In this document: positions 60,211 to 64,000 of the stretch, piece by piece
How the letters are laid out: every line of letters begins with the position of its first letter
Position numbering within the stretch: the first letter of the stretch is position 1
Assembly (NCBI GenBank): GCA_050248855.1
Contig: JBFWRP010000002.1
Coordinates: forward strand, 1-64,000
Reading direction: 5' to 3'
From: Planctomycetota bacterium
GTDB lineage: Bacteria > Planctomycetota > PLA2 > JAEUHO01
Length of the DNA stretch: 64,000 bases
The notes under the pieces: generated by a model
The model's database searches: none
What the model was told of the DNA's origin: nothing
What the model saw: the letters and a program-made list of their open reading frames with translations, nothing else
Position numbers and translations under genes: made by a program

Positions 60211-60983
60211 GTCACATGAAGCAAGCCACGATGTTCCCGGAACTATCGCCGTACGGCAACTACGAGGTCGATTGCGTACCCCCTCACCTTGACGTTCTTC
60301 CGTGCGACGGGTCGATCCGACACGCGAACCGCCTCGGACTACCCTACGTGAAGGTCGTCGAGGTCTACAACGCCTACGGTAGGACTTTCCTGCCCAGGGT
60401 GGTGGGCTACGCCCTGCGGAAGGAGGACCTCGCCGCCGTAAAGCGAGCCGCCAACAAGCCAAAGAATCGCCGTGACCCCAGGCCTCACCCTGACGTGCTT
60501 CTCTGCGCCCAGGAGGCCAGCCGTGCAGCGCATCGGCATCGAGACGATGCGTCCGACGCCTATGAGCGCGGTCTTCACCTCACGGCCTCAAGCCACAAAC
60601 GGAAGAAGGAGCACTTCTACGCGCTGAAGGACCGAGGCATCGTCCACGCGCACGCAAAGGGCCTCCTACGCTACGTCGGTGCAACTGCACAGGGACTCGC
60701 GCTCTACGAAGGCGAGGGCCATTGCTTCCACTCGACGCTCCACCCCAAGGATGCCGTTCGCTCCGTGGTCGAAGACCACCCCGAGACGATCTTCGTTGCC
60801 GCGAAGGCGAAGGCCAAAGGCCTATCGATTAGGCGTGTCGAGGTGACACTGGAGGCCTTGCCGCACCCGGACCTCGACTCCTACGTCCGCTCGGATCGCC
60901 CGGCTCGTCCTCGCGAGGAGGTCGAGATCGAGTGCTGGGAGTGCGGGGAGCCTGGCCACATCGCAGCAGATTGCCCGGGGTGA
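60207..60983 (+). CDS. Hypothetical protein with YkyB-like region and C-terminal CCHC zinc knuckle
   Basis: FYALKDRGI...CFHS and terminal CWECGEPGHIAADC (CX2CX4HX4C). Confidence 0.65.
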   Translation: MSHMKQATMFPELSPYGNYEVDCVPPHLDVLPCDGSIRHANRLGLPYVKVVEVYNAYGRTFLPRVVGYALRKEDLAAVKRAANKPKNRRDPRPHPDVLLCAQEASRAAHRHRDDASDAYERGLHLTASSHKRKKEHFYALKDRGIVHAHAKGLLRYVGATAQGLALYEGEGHCFHSTLHPKDAVRSVVEDHPETIFVAAKAKAKGLSIRRVEVTLEALPHPDLDSYVRSDRPARPREEVEIECWECGEPGHIAADCPG

Positions 60984-61094
60984 CAAGTGAGAAGCAGATG
61001 TACTCTTGCCTCCGCGTCCATCGCATCTGCAATCAGTTGAGCGCCGCGGATAACCCTAGCACCCCATACGAGCATCAGATTCAGGAGCCAGTCC

Positions 61095-61673
61095 ATGTCA
61101 GCACCGCAAAGCACACCTACGCCGCCTGTCCAACAAGCAGCGAGCGTCAACATCGTCCAACTCGTCACGTCGCTGTTGCCGTCACCGTACGCCGAAATCA
61201 AGGCCGAGGACATGAACGACTACACGCTCGACGTGAAGAACGTTTCGCTGACTTCGGGTCCAAGTCGGTACAGGATCCCCTACATGTACGGCACCGTCCA
61301 TGTGGATTGCTTCGGCTGGCAACCGTCATGGGGCGCCTGGAGGGATTGGACCGACGGCGTCACCGAGTTCGAGAGCCTCGTCCGAGACGGGATCGCATGC
61401 GAAGATCCGGATCCGTTGTTGGAACTTGAAGTCGGGGAGTGGGCCTTCGCCTACTTTGCGGAAGGCCTCCCGTACGGCGAAGGCCCTCCCTGCATCAACC
61501 CTGAGCAAGGCGCGTTCTGCGATCCAGACCGGGCCGAGGAGATCGAAGAAGCCGAGAGAGCCTACAAGGCGACGAACAGCAAGAAGAGGAGGCGTCAGAT
61601 CCTCGACGAGTTGTCGGTTTCCGTGAGTTTGCCCATGACCGACCTGAACCTGCCACACAAAGGAGCATTCTAA
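61095..61673 (+). CDS. Hypothetical phage-like protein
   Basis: RBS aggag; part of the tightly packed + strand operon. Confidence 0.6.
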   Translation: MSAPQSTPTPPVQQAASVNIVQLVTSLLPSPYAEIKAEDMNDYTLDVKNVSLTSGPSRYRIPYMYGTVHVDCFGWQPSWGAWRDWTDGVTEFESLVRDGIACEDPDPLLELEVGEWAFAYFAEGLPYGEGPPCINPEQGAFCDPDRAEEIEEAERAYKATNSKKRRRQILDELSVSVSLPMTDLNLPHKGAF

Positions 61674-61882
61674 TGGAACAGTCCAAAGACGACGATCTAG
61701 CCCGGGCGGAGGCACGCCGCCAGCGCATGCTGGTAGACCCGGACGGCCACGGCTTCACCGAGGAGGAGTGGCAAGAGGTCCAGGAGGGTCTTCTGCATCT
61801 CCTCCAGGAGATGATGGGTGCCACCCCAGAGATCGAGATTGTGGGGGACAGAGTCGCATACACATTTAGGAGGAAGAGTTAG
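61673..61882 (+). CDS. Small hypothetical protein
   Basis: TAATG overlap; RBS aaggag. Confidence 0.6.
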   Translation: MEQSKDDDLARAEARRQRMLVDPDGHGFTEEEWQEVQEGLLHLLQEMMGATPEIEIVGDRVAYTFRRKS

Positions 61883-61884
61883 CC

Positions 61885-62223
61885 ATGCCCAAGAAGAAGA
61901 AGTTTAAGCCCAAGCAGCAAAGCCAGGAGGTCATCTACGACGGATACACTATCTCTGTCGTCGCAGATCGCACCAGACCAGGAAAGATGCGCCGAGTCGC
62001 CGGGTACAGCGTGAGCAGCGAGAGCGGGTGGACGTTTCCGCATGACGACCTTTTCTTCCCCTCGGTAGAGGCGGCCAAAGAGTACATCGACGCAGAGGGC
62101 GGGCCTCGCTGGTGTCCGGACTGCGAGGAGCGCTGCCCCGACGAGAACAACTACAAGGAGTTCCTCAGCGAGGAAGACAAGACGGCTGGCTCGTGGGAGA
62201 GGACCACGACCCATGCGACCTGA
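61885..62223 (+). CDS. Small hypothetical protein with CxxC
   Basis: Starts 2 bp after the previous gene; contains CPDCEERC. Confidence 0.6.
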   Translation: MPKKKKFKPKQQSQEVIYDGYTISVVADRTRPGKMRRVAGYSVSSESGWTFPHDDLFFPSVEAAKEYIDAEGGPRWCPDCEERCPDENNYKEFLSEEDKTAGSWERTTTHAT

Positions 62224-62907
62224 TCTCCACGGCCTCCTGGTCCTCGCCTGGGTCCTTCGAGGGATTGCTCGAAGTGCCCTCAGGAGTACCAACACCGATA
62301 CCGATCTCGATTTGCTCCTGTCCGCGCCCGAATGCGTCGGAGCCGTTTGCCGTCAGCACATTCAGACGGTCTTGGACCATTCCGATGGTTTCTTAGAGAT
62401 CCTCGCCCACAAGGGACTCTCAGCGTCCCCAATCTCGACGGGTTCGCGCTCGTAGTCAACGAGTTCTCGCGGCGCCCCTTTGGTGGCGGCGTTGATGTCG
62501 CGTCCAACCGCAACGAGATGTGGGCGTGGTGCAGCCTGGAGGAGCCCGACGCAGGGATGATGCAAGGCTGGGAGTTCCCTTCACCTGATGAGACCCGGGA
62601 GTACGCAGGCTGGTGGCATACTGGCTCTGTCGAGGAGATCCTAGTGGCAGACAAGGCAGCGCAGGCGAAGGGCGCGCACCCCCGGCAATACTGTGTTCGA
62701 CGCCGCGGAATTCCTGCGAAGGACATGACCCCCTCGCAAATGACCACCCTGTATCTGATGATGCGTGACAGGGGTCATCCGAGTTCCGGGCAGCAAGAAG
62801 CAGCACCTCTCGGTGCTGCGCCCGTTCCTCGATCCGCTGATCAACCAAACGTCTACCTTCGTCGATCTCTTCGTTGGTGGCGGCTCGGTGCTCCTGGATG
62901 TCGCTGA
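62213..62907 (+). other. Coding-like region split over two frames (62213-62455 and the 3' part of 62332-62907), possibly frameshifted
   Basis: Two overlapping protein-like ORFs fill the gap before the methylase. Confidence 0.3.
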
Positions 62908-63901
62908 GCGCTACCCGGACATCCCGCTGGTTGCCAACGACGCAGACGAGGGCATCGCGGCCCTGTGGAAGGTCGTGGGGGGGGCGGAGCCGGGCGTGAC
63001 TGCCCTGGAGTCCATGCTCGATGTCAGGCCGACACGGGCGCTCTGGGAGCGCCTGAGGGCGAAGGTTCCCGAAGACCCGGTCGAGGCGGCATTTGCGGTC
63101 ATCTTTCTCTCTCGCACCTCGTTCGGCGGCAGCCTCGTGGCGCGTGCGATGAAGGATATCGGCAGCCGGTACAACCCGCAGGGGATCCGGCGGCAGATCC
63201 GGCGAGCGCGAGACCTCCTCTACGGCCGGTTGGTCGTCTCTTCGATGGACGCCGTCGCCTGGCTCGACGAACACCGAGCAGATCAGGGCGCCGTCTTGTT
63301 CGTAGATCCTCCGTACGTCGCCGAGGGCAACGACCTGTACCGCGTCGGCATGTCCCCTCGCGAGCATGCAGCGCTGCGGGATCGCCTGCGAGACCGTGAC
63401 AACTGGGTGCTGACCTACCGTGATCACCCGACCGTGCGCCACCTCTACCGGGACTGGTGTGACATCCATGACTCGCCAAAGGGGCGGGGCGAGGTCGTTG
63501 TCCTGCCCGCCGGTGCGCCAGGTCAGGTGCCTGCCGAGGGATTCTCAGATTCGCATGACCTCGCCGAAGACCACTCTGTATCTGAGGTGGTGATGGCGCA
63601 GAACACACACCGGCCCATAGGCGTAGGTCCGAGCGGATCGGAAGACTACAATCGTCAGGTTCATCATGGCTCCAAGGAGTCGACCAGGAGCAAGGACTTG
63701 TCGATCCGCAGGGCTTGGTCAATCGACGAACTGCCGAATCTCTACCCGTACTCGGAGAGCACGTTCAGGAACTTCATCGATGACAAGATCCTGCGTTGTC
63801 ACCACCCGGGCGGCAACCGCAAGGCGTGCGTCTTTACTGCGGATCTGGAGGAGTTCGAGGCTCGCGTGCGGGGTACAACGGAGAACAACAATGGCTCGTA
63901 A
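62765..63901 (+). CDS. Second Dam-family methyltransferase, in frame with a C-terminal excisionase-like HTH
   Basis: IRVPGSK, FVDLFVGGGSV, VAND and FVDPPY; C-terminal WSIDEL...YSESTFRNFIDDKIL...VFTADLEEF. Confidence 0.8.
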   Translation: MTGVIRVPGSKKQHLSVLRPFLDPLINQTSTFVDLFVGGGSVLLDVAERYPDIPLVANDADEGIAALWKVVGGAEPGVTALESMLDVRPTRALWERLRAKVPEDPVEAAFAVIFLSRTSFGGSLVARAMKDIGSRYNPQGIRRQIRRARDLLYGRLVVSSMDAVAWLDEHRADQGAVLFVDPPYVAEGNDLYRVGMSPREHAALRDRLRDRDNWVLTYRDHPTVRHLYRDWCDIHDSPKGRGEVVVLPAGAPGQVPAEGFSDSHDLAEDHSVSEVVMAQNTHRPIGVGPSGSEDYNRQVHHGSKESTRSKDLSIRRAWSIDELPNLYPYSESTFRNFIDDKILRCHHPGGNRKACVFTADLEEFEARVRGTTENNNGS

Positions 63902-64000
63902 GCGCCACTTCGGAACTATCTGGAAGGAGGGCAACTCCTACCGGATCGCGTGGAAGATGGATCGCGGTGACGGTACCGCCAAGCGCTACCGCCGTACGAT
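63891..64000 (+). CDS. N-terminus of a probable tyrosine integrase (truncated by the window)
   Basis: MARKRHFGTIWKEGNSYRIAWKMDRGDGTAKRYRRT resembles an arm-binding domain and overlaps the stop of the Xis-like ORF. No catalytic domain is visible. Confidence 0.55.
   Translation, partial: MARKRHFGTIWKEGNSYRIAWKMDRGDGTAKRYRRT

Larger units (their letters stand above)
10876..64000. mobile_element. Genomic island integrated at the 3' end of selC, possibly two tandem elements; right end outside the window
   Basis: Codon usage and k-mer content change abruptly after the tRNA. Content is defence genes, a recombinase, a primase, and excisionase-like plus integrase-like genes at the far end. selC is a well-known integration hotspot. 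Confidence 0.85.

Noticed and set aside
10777..64000. Selenoprotein (UGA read-through) genes linked to selC, and a second att copy of the tRNA 3' end
   Set aside because: I noticed no interrupted redox-type ORF or SECIS, and saw no duplicate of the tRNA 3' end inside the window.

Overview
The first ~10.8 kb is very GC-rich host chromosome. It holds REP-like palindromic repeats, DUF3137-like, DinB/DUF1572 and DUF2237 genes, two exosortase-like membrane genes and tamB-tamA, and ends at a tRNA-Sec (selC, 10777-10875). Everything after the tRNA looks like an integrated island that runs off the right edge of the window. The left part of the island (11-38 kb) is a dense anti-phage cluster: an N6-adenine methylase plus nuclease pair, DarTG1 (DarT + NADAR), a complete class I DISARM (drmD-drmMI-drmA-drmB-drmC), and then a co-oriented HEPN / HTH-IrrE / PIN / HhH-glycosylase-like / HNH-like run. 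The right part (38-64 kb) holds a serine recombinase with an upstream dyad site and more candidate defence cargo: a SEC-C nuclease, a NYN + transglutaminase-like pair, and a split ShosTA-like PRTase / DprA-HAD-HEPN-YaaW-like cluster. It ends in a capsid-less phage/satellite-like core with a RepB-type primase, a P-loop ATPase, DUF5131, two Dam-family methylases (one read in frame into an excisionase-like HTH) and the start of a probable tyrosine integrase. The strongest sequence-level signal is that AGCT, and apparently CTGCAG, is common in the host part but was not found by manual reading in the ~53 kb island. All protein calls come from motif recognition by eye; no searches were run.
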